Positions 28,390-37,388 of a stretch of DNA of 64,000 nt are shown in pieces. Under the pieces are notes generated by a model. The model was given only the letters and a program-made list of their open reading frames with translations. It was not told the DNA's origin and made no database searches. The DNA comes from Bacteroidota bacterium (GTDB lineage: Bacteria > Bacteroidota > Bacteroidia > UKL13-3): positions 64,607 to 128,606 of the forward strand of contig JAZKEF010000002.1 of NCBI GenBank assembly GCA_040387195.1, given 5' to 3'. The first letter of the stretch is position 1. Each line of letters opens with the position of its first letter. Made by a program: the position numbers and the translations under genes.

Positions 28390-29136
28390 TTATGCTTCGG
28401 TTGTTTCGGCAGCGGGTGCTGCTTCTTTATCTTCCGCTTCTTTATCTTTTTTGCGTTCTGTTAATCCTTCTGCAATTGCATTGGTCATAACTTTAGCAAT
28501 CAAAGCGATTGATTTAGCCGCATCATCATTTGCAGGGATCGGGAAATCAACAACAGTTGGATCTGAGTTGGTATCAACAATAGCAAATGTAGGGATGTTT
28601 AATTTTTGTGCTTCAGCAATTGCAATGTGTTCGCGTTTGATATCAACAATGAACAAAGCTGCAGGAAGACGGTTCAAGTCGGCAATACCTCCAAATAATC
28701 TGGTCAATTTTGCTTTCTCACGCTCCAACATCAAACGCTCTTTTTTGTTGATATTTTGGTAAGTACCATCTACAGCCATTTTATCAATGGTTTGCATTTT
28801 TTTGATAGACTTACGTACGGTAGTAAAGTTGGTAAGCATACCACCCAACCAGCGCTCGGTAACAAAAGGCATGTTTACACGTGCTGCTTCTGTTTCGATG
28901 ATTTCTTTCGCTTGTTTTTTAGTAGCTACAAACAATACCTTACGGCCAGACTTTACGATGTTTTTCAACGCTTCAGCCGACTCTTCCAACTTTACAGCTG
29001 TTTTATTAAGGTCGATCAAGTGGATTCCGTTTTTCTCCATAAATATATACGGAGCCATTTTTGGATTCCATTTGCGGGTAAGATGTCCGAAATGAACACC
29101 AGCCTCTAACAATTCTTCTTGAGATATTTTTGACAT
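28390..29136 (-). CDS. rpsB: 30S ribosomal protein S2
   Basis: [41 protein letters not shown]. Confidence 0.99.
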   Translation of the reverse strand: MSKISQEELLEAGVHFGHLTRKWNPKMAPYIFMEKNGIHLIDLNKTAVKLEESAEALKNIVKSGRKVLFVATKKQAKEIIETEAARVNMPFVTERWLGGMLTNFTTVRKSIKKMQTIDKMAVDGTYQNINKKERLMLEREKAKLTRLFGGIADLNRLPAALFIVDIKREHIAIAEAQKLNIPTFAIVDTNSDPTVVDFPIPANDDAAKSIALIAKVMTNAIAEGLTERKKDKEAEDKEAAPAAETTEA

Positions 29137-29163
29137 GTTTTTGAATTTCTGTAATGTTAATGA

Positions 29164-29553
29164 TTAACGTTTTACGAATTGGAAACGTTTACGAGCTTTC
29201 TTCTGACCTGGTTTTTTACGCTCAACCATACGTGGATCACGTGTCATCATCGAAGCAGCTTTTAATGTCGGTTTCAATTCAGCGTTGTGAATAACCAATG
29301 CTCTTGCAATAGCTAGTTTAAGAGCGTCAGCTTGACCAGATACTCCACCACCATCAATATTTGCTTTCACGTCAAACTGACCAAGCATGTTGGTCAACTC
29401 GAACGGACGGTTAATTTCATTTTGTAACATCAATGTTGGGAAATACACTTTCATGTCTTTTCCGTTTACTGTAAAGTTACCCGATCCTCCTACTGATAGA
29501 TATACTCTGGCAACAGATGTTTTTCTTCTTCCTAATGCGTTGATAATTTCCAT
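29164..29553 (-). CDS. rpsI: 30S ribosomal protein S9
   Basis: GRRKTSVARV, GGGVSGQA, TRDPRMVERKKPG. Confidence 0.99.
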   Translation of the reverse strand: MEIINALGRRKTSVARVYLSVGGSGNFTVNGKDMKVYFPTLMLQNEINRPFELTNMLGQFDVKANIDGGGVSGQADALKLAIARALVIHNAELKPTLKAASMMTRDPRMVERKKPGQKKARKRFQFVKR

Positions 29554-29557
29554 TTCG

Positions 29558-30001
29558 TTAGAGTGTTAATGGTTTAGGTTGTTGAGCTACATGCGGATGT
29601 TCTGTTCCTGCATATACATAAAGGTTTCTGAAAATTTCAGCTCCCAATTTGTTGTTAGGCAACATACCTTCAATAGCATGCTCAACTGAATAGGTAGGCT
29701 TTTTAGCCATCATATCCTTTGCCGTAACAAAACGTTGTCCACCCGGGTGACCTGAGTAAAATACATACTCTTTGTCAGCCAGTTTGTTTCCTGTGAAACG
29801 AATCTTCTCAGCATTGATGATGATTACGTTGTCTCCACAGTCCACATTGGGAGTAAAACTCGGCTTGTGTTTACCTCTTAAAATGTTCGCTACCTTGGAA
29901 GCGAAACGGCCTAAGGTTTGACCCTCGGCATCCAATACAAACCACTGTTTATTTACAGTTGCTTTATTGGCAGATTTTGTTTTGTAACTTATATTGTCCA
30001 C
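29558..30001 (-). CDS. rplM: 50S ribosomal protein L13
   Basis: GTG start (VDNISYKT); [30 protein letters not shown]. Confidence 0.97.
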   Translation of the reverse strand: MDNISYKTKSANKATVNKQWFVLDAEGQTLGRFASKVANILRGKHKPSFTPNVDCGDNVIIINAEKIRFTGNKLADKEYVFYSGHPGGQRFVTAKDMMAKKPTYSVEHAIEGMLPNNKLGAEIFRNLYVYAGTEHPHVAQQPKPLTL

Positions 30002-30037
30002 GATTGAATGGTTTAACCCTATTATGATAAGGGGTGG

Positions 30038-30045
30038 CAAAAATA
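30038..30045 (-). promoter_or_regulatory. -7 promoter element of rplM operon
   Basis: TATTTTTG (TAnnTTTG) on minus strand upstream of rplM. Confidence 0.65.
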
Positions 30046-30159
30046 GGGTATGATTTCATAATTCACAACAAAATGTGTGAAAAAAATCGGACAATACACG
30101 AACCTGTCGTAAGAGCCCCGATTTTATTGGATTTCTTTGGGTTGCGGGGCAAGAATAAA

Positions 30160-30633
30160 TTATTCAATCGAGCTTTTTACGAACTTTTTCCAGCGGTAAG
30201 TGCCTTTTGTATCATACACATATATAATGTAAGGCCCGGGAGTGAGGTACGTAATGTCTATTTGGAAGTATTCACGGGGCATGGCGCTGATATCCTTCTC
30301 CCACCAGAGTTTTCCGTAAAGGTCCACAATGGTCATCCGGCTGAAATTCGGAGTAACCTGAACCAGTGTAAAATAAATATAGTACGGATTATAGGTGGGG
30401 AAAATATCGAACTCGTATCCGGAACAGGACCCTTCGGTATAACTCAGTACCCCATTTCTGCGGATATCGCACAGATTCCGGTAAGTCTTACTGTCACACC
30501 CGCATTTGGGCTCGAACGGCTCAAGGCACCTGTCCATCGGACTCAAGGCGAGCGAATCAATACAGCTGCCTTGTTGTGCCAAAAGATTCAGAGAAAAAAT
30601 AAGACAAATAATAAATGTGACAAGATATTTCAC
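30160..30633 (-). CDS. Secreted Kazal-type domain protein with T9SS C-terminal domain
   Basis: Signal peptide; CLEPFEPKCGCDSKTYRNLC...EGSC; CTD-like IFP...IVDLYGK...LTPGPYII...KKFVK. Confidence 0.72.
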   Translation of the reverse strand: MKYLVTFIICLIFSLNLLAQQGSCIDSLALSPMDRCLEPFEPKCGCDSKTYRNLCDIRRNGVLSYTEGSCSGYEFDIFPTYNPYYIYFTLVQVTPNFSRMTIVDLYGKLWWEKDISAMPREYFQIDITYLTPGPYIIYVYDTKGTYRWKKFVKSSIE

Positions 30634-31055
30634 TTTTTAACGGAATTGAGCGGTTTGTGCCAGGCGAATTTACCAAACTTATAATAGGAAACCTCAATCA
30701 GCTTCCCTGTTGTGTCATATTTTAACCAGTCTCCTTCCCAGCGGTAAAACACAGTATCCTTTTGCGCCACAAGGTTGGCATAACCCTCCAGTTCCTTCCT
30801 TCCTGCTTTATCGTAATAGGTAGTCTTAATCCGGTCATCCTTAAGGTAAAGCTCATCAAGGTAAATCGTTCCTTTTGATGAATAGTACTTCCAATGGCCT
30901 ACCTGACGGTGATCTTTATACCGTCCCTTCCACATTACCTGCCTTTTCTGATCATCATAATACAACTTCCAACGGCCTTGCCTGTAGTGATGCTTATCCA
31001 CCTTATTGGGGTAGCAGGAAACAAAAAGCATACATATAAGTGTAAGTCGAAGCAT
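30630..31055 (-). CDS. MORN-variant repeat lipoprotein
   Basis: Lipobox FVSC; GRWKLYY, GHWKYY, GDWLKYD repeats. Confidence 0.7.
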   Translation of the reverse strand: MLRLTLICMLFVSCYPNKVDKHHYRQGRWKLYYDDQKRQVMWKGRYKDHRQVGHWKYYSSKGTIYLDELYLKDDRIKTTYYDKAGRKELEGYANLVAQKDTVFYRWEGDWLKYDTTGKLIEVSYYKFGKFAWHKPLNSVKK

Positions 31056-31228
31056 GGTTATGAAACGTTTGTCGTGCTCTGTTTGTTGTTGGCTCCTGCT
31101 TTTGGCGATTGCCGTTAGCTGCTGGTGTAGTCACTTCGAGTAAGCTTTGGGGTGGTCTTTGTAAAGAGCTGTTCGAGAAGTATTCTTAAGTCATAATGCA
31201 TAACTATCAATATGCCAAATCAACCAGT

Positions 31229-31292
31229 CACCTCCTATTCCCGAATTTCCTAACTCCTTAATCCCCTAATCACTTAATTCCTCAACCCTTTC
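31229..31292. repeat. Tandem about 8-mer repeats
   Basis: ctcctatt cccgaatt tcctaact ccttaatc ccctaatc acttaatt cctcaacc. Confidence 0.6.
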
Positions 31293-31850
31293 TCACAATT
31301 CTCCCTCCAGAAACATCATCTTTATTTTGAGTACCGCTGCAACAGTGAGGCTGTCGGTTATATAACCTTCTTTCACCAGCCTGTATAGCTCATCAAATGA
31401 TACCTTGCGGATTCGCAGCTGTTCGTTTTCTTCAGGTTGGGCTTTTGTAAATGTCAGCTTTCGGGCAATGAATAAATGTGCCACCTCATCGGTTGCCGAA
31501 TTGCTGAGCTGCAATTGCTGAATAGGTAAGTATTCTCCTGCAATGATTCCGCATTCCTCCAGCAATTCCCTTTTGGCCGATTCCACCGGATCTACATCCC
31601 GGTCTCCACCGCCTTCGGGAATTTCCCAGGTATAGGTGTGCAAAGGATACCTGTACTGCCCTACAATCCAGGTATTGTTATCCGCATCCAGTGGCACAAT
31701 ACCTATGGCCAGTTTCTTAAATCTTACCACCGAATAGGTACCCGGATTTCCGGACGGGTTCAACACTTCATGATGCTCCACACCAATCCAGGGCGACTCA
31801 TATACATGCTGCCTGTTTAAGGTTGTCCAGGGATTTTGTTCTTCTTGCAT
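31293..31850 (-). CDS. NUDIX hydrolase (ADP-ribose pyrophosphatase-like)
   Basis: QYRYP, WEIPEGG...AKRELLEECG Nudix box. Confidence 0.92.
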   Translation of the reverse strand: MQEEQNPWTTLNRQHVYESPWIGVEHHEVLNPSGNPGTYSVVRFKKLAIGIVPLDADNNTWIVGQYRYPLHTYTWEIPEGGGDRDVDPVESAKRELLEECGIIAGEYLPIQQLQLSNSATDEVAHLFIARKLTFTKAQPEENEQLRIRKVSFDELYRLVKEGYITDSLTVAAVLKIKMMFLEGEL

Positions 31851-31905
31851 AGATTATAATACAATATTAAACTCCGGTTAAAGAAATGTGTAATGTACCA
31901 TACAA

Positions 31906-33168
31906 TTATTTCAGATTATACTTCGCCTTAAACTTCCGGTGCAATTGCTTTTGCTGATTGTCGAGATCAATCTCTTTACCCTCCATAAATGCCCGCTCCA
32001 CCACACTGGTGCGCATATCCAATACGTCTCCGCTGCTGATGATAAACGTTGCATCTTTGGAAACTTCGAGTGACCCGATTGTTTTATCTACGCCAATAAT
32101 TTTGGCCGCATTGTATGTGATACATTGCAAAGCTTCTTCTTTGCTCAATCCATAAGCTACTGTGGTGCCTGCGTTAAACATTACATTACGCGCTTCCCAA
32201 TATCCATTATGACCAATGGCTACCGTTATGCCCGCTCTCACTAACTCAACGGCTGTTTTGTAGGGCTGGTCTACATCGCTGTGGCCATGTCTTGGTAATT
32301 GGTGAATATTATTTAACACTACCGGAATATTGTTCTCCTTTATTTGCTCTTTCACCAACCATGCATCATTGGCATCTACCAATACCACTTTCATATTGGG
32401 ATACTGTTTCTTAAACTGGATTACAGCCATAATGGATTTTGCACTTTCAACATGCACATACAGGTTTTTGGTGCCGTTCAATACACCTTTCATGGCATCC
32501 AAACGGGCATTGAACAATTCCTGTTTTGCCAATCGGTTATATTGATCTGCCTGCTCAAAAAACTCCAGGATGGTTTGGCGTTCTTTATCCTTTTTTTGTT
32601 GTTGTGCCGCCCCTTGCTCAGCCCACCATCCGCTGTAATGCAACTCTTCGGGCCAGTTCAGGTGTACACCGTCATCAACCTTGTATGCTGCGTCTTCCCA
32701 ATTCCAACCTGTGGTACGCATCAAACTCGACATCCCCGAAATGAATCCTCCCTGCGGTATCGGTTGGGTAAACAAAATTCCATTGCTTAAAGCGGTTGGG
32801 GTAACTTTAGAGTCGGTATTATAGGCAATAACTGCTCTAACATTTGGATTGATTTCACCCGTTTCCTTAAAATCAAGCGTTGCCCTTACGGCTTCAATTT
32901 CATTCAAACCCAGCATATTGCTCATACAAATAATACCGGGATAAATATGTTTGCCGCTCACATCTACACTTGACACACTTACATAGGCTGCATCAGGTTG
33001 TGCCGAACAAAACAGGATTTTTCCATTGGCAATTCCGAGGTACCCTTTTTCAATTACTTGTCCATTGCCTATATGTATGGTTGCTCCTTTATATACCACC
33101 GGATTTTGCTGGGCAAATCCGTGGCTTGCAACAAACAGTAACAATGTATGAATGATATATTTTTTCAT
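31906..33168 (-). CDS. Exported amidohydrolase-fold protein
   Basis: GKHIYPG, EEALQCITYNAAKIIG, GSLEVSKDA; HxH motif absent. Confidence 0.8.
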   Translation of the reverse strand: MKKYIIHTLLLFVASHGFAQQNPVVYKGATIHIGNGQVIEKGYLGIANGKILFCSAQPDAAYVSVSSVDVSGKHIYPGIICMSNMLGLNEIEAVRATLDFKETGEINPNVRAVIAYNTDSKVTPTALSNGILFTQPIPQGGFISGMSSLMRTTGWNWEDAAYKVDDGVHLNWPEELHYSGWWAEQGAAQQQKKDKERQTILEFFEQADQYNRLAKQELFNARLDAMKGVLNGTKNLYVHVESAKSIMAVIQFKKQYPNMKVVLVDANDAWLVKEQIKENNIPVVLNNIHQLPRHGHSDVDQPYKTAVELVRAGITVAIGHNGYWEARNVMFNAGTTVAYGLSKEEALQCITYNAAKIIGVDKTIGSLEVSKDATFIISSGDVLDMRTSVVERAFMEGKEIDLDNQQKQLHRKFKAKYNLK

Positions 33169-33198
33169 GATTAGATTTCTTAATTGATGAATGAATGA

Positions 33199-36165
33199 TT
33201 AATCGTTGCAGTGATATTCTTCCTGTGGTTTGGAAACTTTCTTTTCTGTTTTTTCACCACTGCGTTTGGCAACCATCATCTTCTGAATAATACGCTCTCG
33301 CTCACGTTTGAGCTCTTCTCTGAGTACGTTGTCCTTTTCAATTGAATACATACACATACCATCCACCAAGGTCATTTCCACTTTGGCATAAATGCTCAAA
33401 GGATGATTGTTCCACAAAACCAGATCGGCATCCTTACCCACTTTAATACTTCCCATTGTGGCATCCAAATGAAGCATTTTTGCCGGGTTAAGCGTAACCA
33501 TTTTCAGTGCTTCCTCTTCCGAAACCCCACCGTATTTTACCACCTTTGCCGCTTCCTGATTCAGCCTCCTGCCCATCTCTGCATCATCCGAATTGATACC
33601 GGTATTAACGCCCATTTGCGCAAGGATGGCGGCATTGTACGGAATGGCTTCCATCACCTCATATTTATAGGCCCACCAGTCGGCAAAGGTGCTTGCATTT
33701 ACTCCATGGGCTTTCATTTTATCGGCCACCTTATAGCCTTCCAGAATATGTGTAAATGTGTTCACTTTGAAACCCATCGAATCGGCAACGTGCATCAACA
33801 TATTGATTTCACTTTGCACATAACTGTGGCAGGTGATAAATCGTTTCTTACGCAAAATTTCCACCAATGCATCCAACTCCAGGTCCTTGCGCGTGGTCGC
33901 GTCTGCCTGCAGTTGTTGTTCGTACTCTTTAGCACGAATAAATGCATCATAAAATGTTTGCTCAACACCCATACGCGTTTGCGGATACCTGAACATAGCC
34001 CTCTCGCCCCAGTTGGCTTGTTTTACATTTTCGCCCAATGCAAATTTGATAAACCCATCAGCTCCGCTCATTTTCATTTTTTCGGGCGTAAAACCCCAGC
34101 GTAATTTGATCAATGCACTTTGTCCGCCTATTGGATTGGCCGAGCCATGCAGCAATTGCGAAGCCACCACACCACCAGCAAGTTGCCTGTAAATATTAAT
34201 GTCTTCACTGTTCACCACATCTCCCACGCGTACTTCGCTCGAACTGCTTTGTGTCCCTTCATTCACTCCGCTGCTGATGGCAATATGCGAATGCTCGTCA
34301 ATAATTCCGGATGTAATATGCTTATCGGTGGCGTCAACCACAATTGCTTCGGGTGCCGAAAGATTGCTGCCTACACTTGCAATTTTTCCTTGTTTAACCA
34401 ACACATCTCCCCGTTTAATGATGCCTTCCTTTTCGTTGGTCCATATGGTAGCGTTCTTAAATAAATACGTCTCCTGTTTAGGTAATGTTACATTCCCGAA
34501 ATCGGTAAACGGATACACAATGGATTGAACAAACAGGTTTATTTTAGCTGAGTCCTTGGCTGGTTTTTCGCTAATGGTATCGGTGAAAATGACTGTAAAC
34601 AGACCCATCTTACCATCGGCTGTGGTAAGGTTTCCGGACAATTTTTTAACTACTGCAGGATATACCGAACTATCTATTTGTTCGGGCCATGCAATCGCCC
34701 TTATTATTGAGTCGCCCTTATTATTCAGTGTTACCTGAAATTCGAATAGTCCCCTTTCATATGTTACCTGGACCTTTAAGGTATCGGTTGCAATTAGTTG
34801 TTGATTTCCCTTTTTGGCATGCAATGCATACCTCCCCAGTTGCGGATGCGTAATAGCATATTTTCCTGCTAATACAGGAGTTTTTCCCGGGGTAATAACA
34901 TACTGTTTTCCTTTTACCCATGTTTGCAACAGAATAGCATCTTTGGTAAAGACAGGGGCATCGGTTATCAAAAAATTAGCCATCATACCGGCTTTGAGTG
35001 ATCCAATCTGCTGTTCTTGCTTGAGTATTGCCGCAGGTGTGGCCGTAAGGGCTTTCAATGCATCAGCTTCCGGCAAGCCGCTTTCCACCGCCTTCTTCAC
35101 GTTTTGCAAAAACTGCTTCGCATTTTCACAGCCATCATATGTTAGCGTAAAACGAATTCCCTTCTCGTTCACAAGGCGGGCATTAAAAGGAGCCATTTCC
35201 CAGTGTTTTAAATCCGTTGTGCTCACATAGGCAGCATCAAACGGATCCTCAACATCGTATGGTTTAGGGAAATTAACCGGCACAACCAATGTTGCATTGG
35301 TCGCTTTTACTTCTTCCAATCGCTGGTATTCATCTCCTGCAGTTTTAATCACATACTGCACGCCAAACTCGTCTCCTACCTTATCGGCCCGCAGAATAGC
35401 CAGTTTATTATTAACCTCAAAAATGGCCGGTAATGTTTTCAGCTGGTTGAACGACTCAAGTGTAAGATTGGTTTCTTTGTTTTGTTTCTGATACCACTGT
35501 GCATCATAATATGTTTGGCGCAACAAGGCTATACTTCCCATTAAGGAAGAAGGATAAGACTGCCTGGAGCTTCCTTTGTTAAATGAAAATCCGGTTGCTG
35601 CTTTGGGTACCAATACCATCTCCTGCTCGGGACCGGCCGCTGTTAATACCAGCGCACTGCTCCCCCGGCAAATGCCATCCTGCAATCCGCTTAATACCAC
35701 ACCAAATCCGGCCTCCCGAAGTTGTGCAGCCTTTTTATCATCGGTTGCAAAATAATTGGCAGCATGTACTTCTGCCCTGATGGCCTCATTCCAGTTATAA
35801 GCTCCCTTTTTTGCCGATACAAACTGACGCGTTTCCTGATCTGTTTTTTTTGTTTCAGATGGTGGCTGAATTCCGTATGAAGCATATAGATCAATAAAAG
35901 CCGGGTAAATAAATTTGCCTTTAAGGTTTACTACACTAGCTCCCTGCGGAATGGTTTTGGCCACTCCCGCATAGAGTACTTTTCCATCCTTAATCAGGAG
36001 AAGTCCTTGTTCAATTTTAGTTTGATAATCCACAAACAAGGTGGCATTGGTAAAAGCATAAAAGCGGGGTGTGATATCCCGGGGTCCGTTTACAGGAAAT
36101 GTTTGCTGGGCATTGGCAACAAGGTTTAGCACCAGCAAGCCGAGTAGTAATAGTTTCTTCATCAA
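33199..36165 (-). CDS. Exported double-domain amidohydrolase
   Basis: Two amidohydrolase repeats; second has GIIDEHSH, IKFALGEN, CHSY, THILE, NSDD. Confidence 0.88.
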   Translation of the reverse strand: MMKKLLLLGLLVLNLVANAQQTFPVNGPRDITPRFYAFTNATLFVDYQTKIEQGLLLIKDGKVLYAGVAKTIPQGASVVNLKGKFIYPAFIDLYASYGIQPPSETKKTDQETRQFVSAKKGAYNWNEAIRAEVHAANYFATDDKKAAQLREAGFGVVLSGLQDGICRGSSALVLTAAGPEQEMVLVPKAATGFSFNKGSSRQSYPSSLMGSIALLRQTYYDAQWYQKQNKETNLTLESFNQLKTLPAIFEVNNKLAILRADKVGDEFGVQYVIKTAGDEYQRLEEVKATNATLVVPVNFPKPYDVEDPFDAAYVSTTDLKHWEMAPFNARLVNEKGIRFTLTYDGCENAKQFLQNVKKAVESGLPEADALKALTATPAAILKQEQQIGSLKAGMMANFLITDAPVFTKDAILLQTWVKGKQYVITPGKTPVLAGKYAITHPQLGRYALHAKKGNQQLIATDTLKVQVTYERGLFEFQVTLNNKGDSIIRAIAWPEQIDSSVYPAVVKKLSGNLTTADGKMGLFTVIFTDTISEKPAKDSAKINLFVQSIVYPFTDFGNVTLPKQETYLFKNATIWTNEKEGIIKRGDVLVKQGKIASVGSNLSAPEAIVVDATDKHITSGIIDEHSHIAISSGVNEGTQSSSSEVRVGDVVNSEDINIYRQLAGGVVASQLLHGSANPIGGQSALIKLRWGFTPEKMKMSGADGFIKFALGENVKQANWGERAMFRYPQTRMGVEQTFYDAFIRAKEYEQQLQADATTRKDLELDALVEILRKKRFITCHSYVQSEINMLMHVADSMGFKVNTFTHILEGYKVADKMKAHGVNASTFADWWAYKYEVMEAIPYNAAILAQMGVNTGINSDDAEMGRRLNQEAAKVVKYGGVSEEEALKMVTLNPAKMLHLDATMGSIKVGKDADLVLWNNHPLSIYAKVEMTLVDGMCMYSIEKDNVLREELKRERERIIQKMMVAKRSGEKTEKKVSKPQEEYHCND

Positions 36166-36367
36166 AAGGCAATATAAGAGAATTACCAGAGAGTGTATAA
36201 CCGCTAATCATTTTAGATTAAGTGGTCGAAGAAAAATCTTTATCAGAGAACCCGTAAAGGGGTTCAATATTTCTTAATCGGTACACCGCCACAAAAAGAC
36301 CCCAAAACCCAGACCCGACTATCCAAAACAATTACATCTCAAACCTCTCCAATCATTACGTGGTTGT

Positions 36368-36718
36368 TTAACAACCGCAACCTTTTCGAGTTTTCACCAC
36401 ACCTTTTTCATCAATGCTTTTGATTACCCGGCCTCGGTTATTATAAAACAGCTGCCACTTCAGCTTTCCTTCATTCCATTTTTCTTTATGATCGATAGAA
36501 CTGTTTGGATTGTAATACATCCATATTTTATGCTTTTGTCCGTTGAGGTAATATCCCCGTTCTTTTACCACACCATCTTCATACCGGGTAAGGTATTTTC
36601 CGTCAGGAATTGTCTGCGCAGCTGCCGTCATTGGGCTTAAAGCCATCCATATGCAGCACAATGAAACCAAAACAAGCTGACCCTCAACCCATTTGTATTT
36701 TGAAATGTTTTTTTTCAC
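36368..36718 (-). CDS. Small exported MORN-variant repeat protein
   Basis: Hydrophobic leader then GVVKERGYY...GQKHKIWMYYN; start uncertain (GTG 36718 chosen, ORF extends to 36772). Confidence 0.6.
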   Translation of the reverse strand: MKKNISKYKWVEGQLVLVSLCCIWMALSPMTAAAQTIPDGKYLTRYEDGVVKERGYYLNGQKHKIWMYYNPNSSIDHKEKWNEGKLKWQLFYNNRGRVIKSIDEKGVVKTRKGCGC

Positions 36719-36788
36719 TCTTTCAAAGTTAAAAACATTTGTTATTTTAGCAGCCTTATCGTTACTGCTCATTCATATAAAATAACTC

Positions 36789-37373
36789 GTGATAACTCAT
36801 ATTGACGGAAAATTGGTTCAAAAAACCCCAACCTATGTGGTGATTGATTGTGGCGGAGTTGGTTATGCAATCAATATCTCCCTTCATACATACGACAAAC
36901 TGGGCGACAGCGAACGACTAAAACTCTTTACCCATCAGGTGATTAAAGAGGACAGTCATACCCTGTACGGGTTTCATGACGATGATGAACGACAATTATT
37001 TGTACAGTTATTATCGGTAAGTGGGGTGGGACCCAACACGGCCCGCCTGATGTTATCCTCCTTAAAACCTTTTGATATCAAACAAGCAATAACCACCGGC
37101 AACTGGGCGTTAATTAAAACCGTTAAAGGAATTGGTGAAAAAACAGCGCAAAAAGTGGTAATTGACTTGAAAAACAAAGTAAAAGGAGATGAAACTGCAG
37201 AAGGACTCTCGTTTGCAGGTTCTAAAAATGTATCAATGGAAGAAGCATTGGCCGCCTTGGTTATGCTTGGATTTTCTAAGAATGAGGCCGAAAAGGGTCT
37301 TCAAAAAATTAGACAACAAAATCCCCTCTATACAGTTGAAGAGTTAGTCAAAAACACCTTAAAAATTCTTTGA
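36789..37373 (+). CDS. ruvA: Holliday junction branch migration protein RuvA
   Basis: GGVGY, KEDSHTLYGF, SVSGVGP, KGIGEKTAQ, EALAALVMLGF. Confidence 0.97.
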   Translation: MITHIDGKLVQKTPTYVVIDCGGVGYAINISLHTYDKLGDSERLKLFTHQVIKEDSHTLYGFHDDDERQLFVQLLSVSGVGPNTARLMLSSLKPFDIKQAITTGNWALIKTVKGIGEKTAQKVVIDLKNKVKGDETAEGLSFAGSKNVSMEEALAALVMLGFSKNEAEKGLQKIRQQNPLYTVEELVKNTLKIL

Positions 37374-37388
37374 TGGCGCATTTCTACT

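Noticed and set aside
30034-30684. 216-aa plus-strand ORF
   Set aside because: Antisense to the Kazal/CTD gene, overlaps the rplM promoter and has no recognisable motifs.
31059-31200. Possible short ORF (MHYDLRILLEQLFTKTTPKLTRSDYTSS) on minus strand
   Set aside because: 28 aa with no motif or supporting signal; it cannot be supported.
33403-34104. Long antisense ORFs within amidohydrolase, bshA, sprA and uvrA
   Set aside because: Shadow frames of well-supported genes on the opposite strand.
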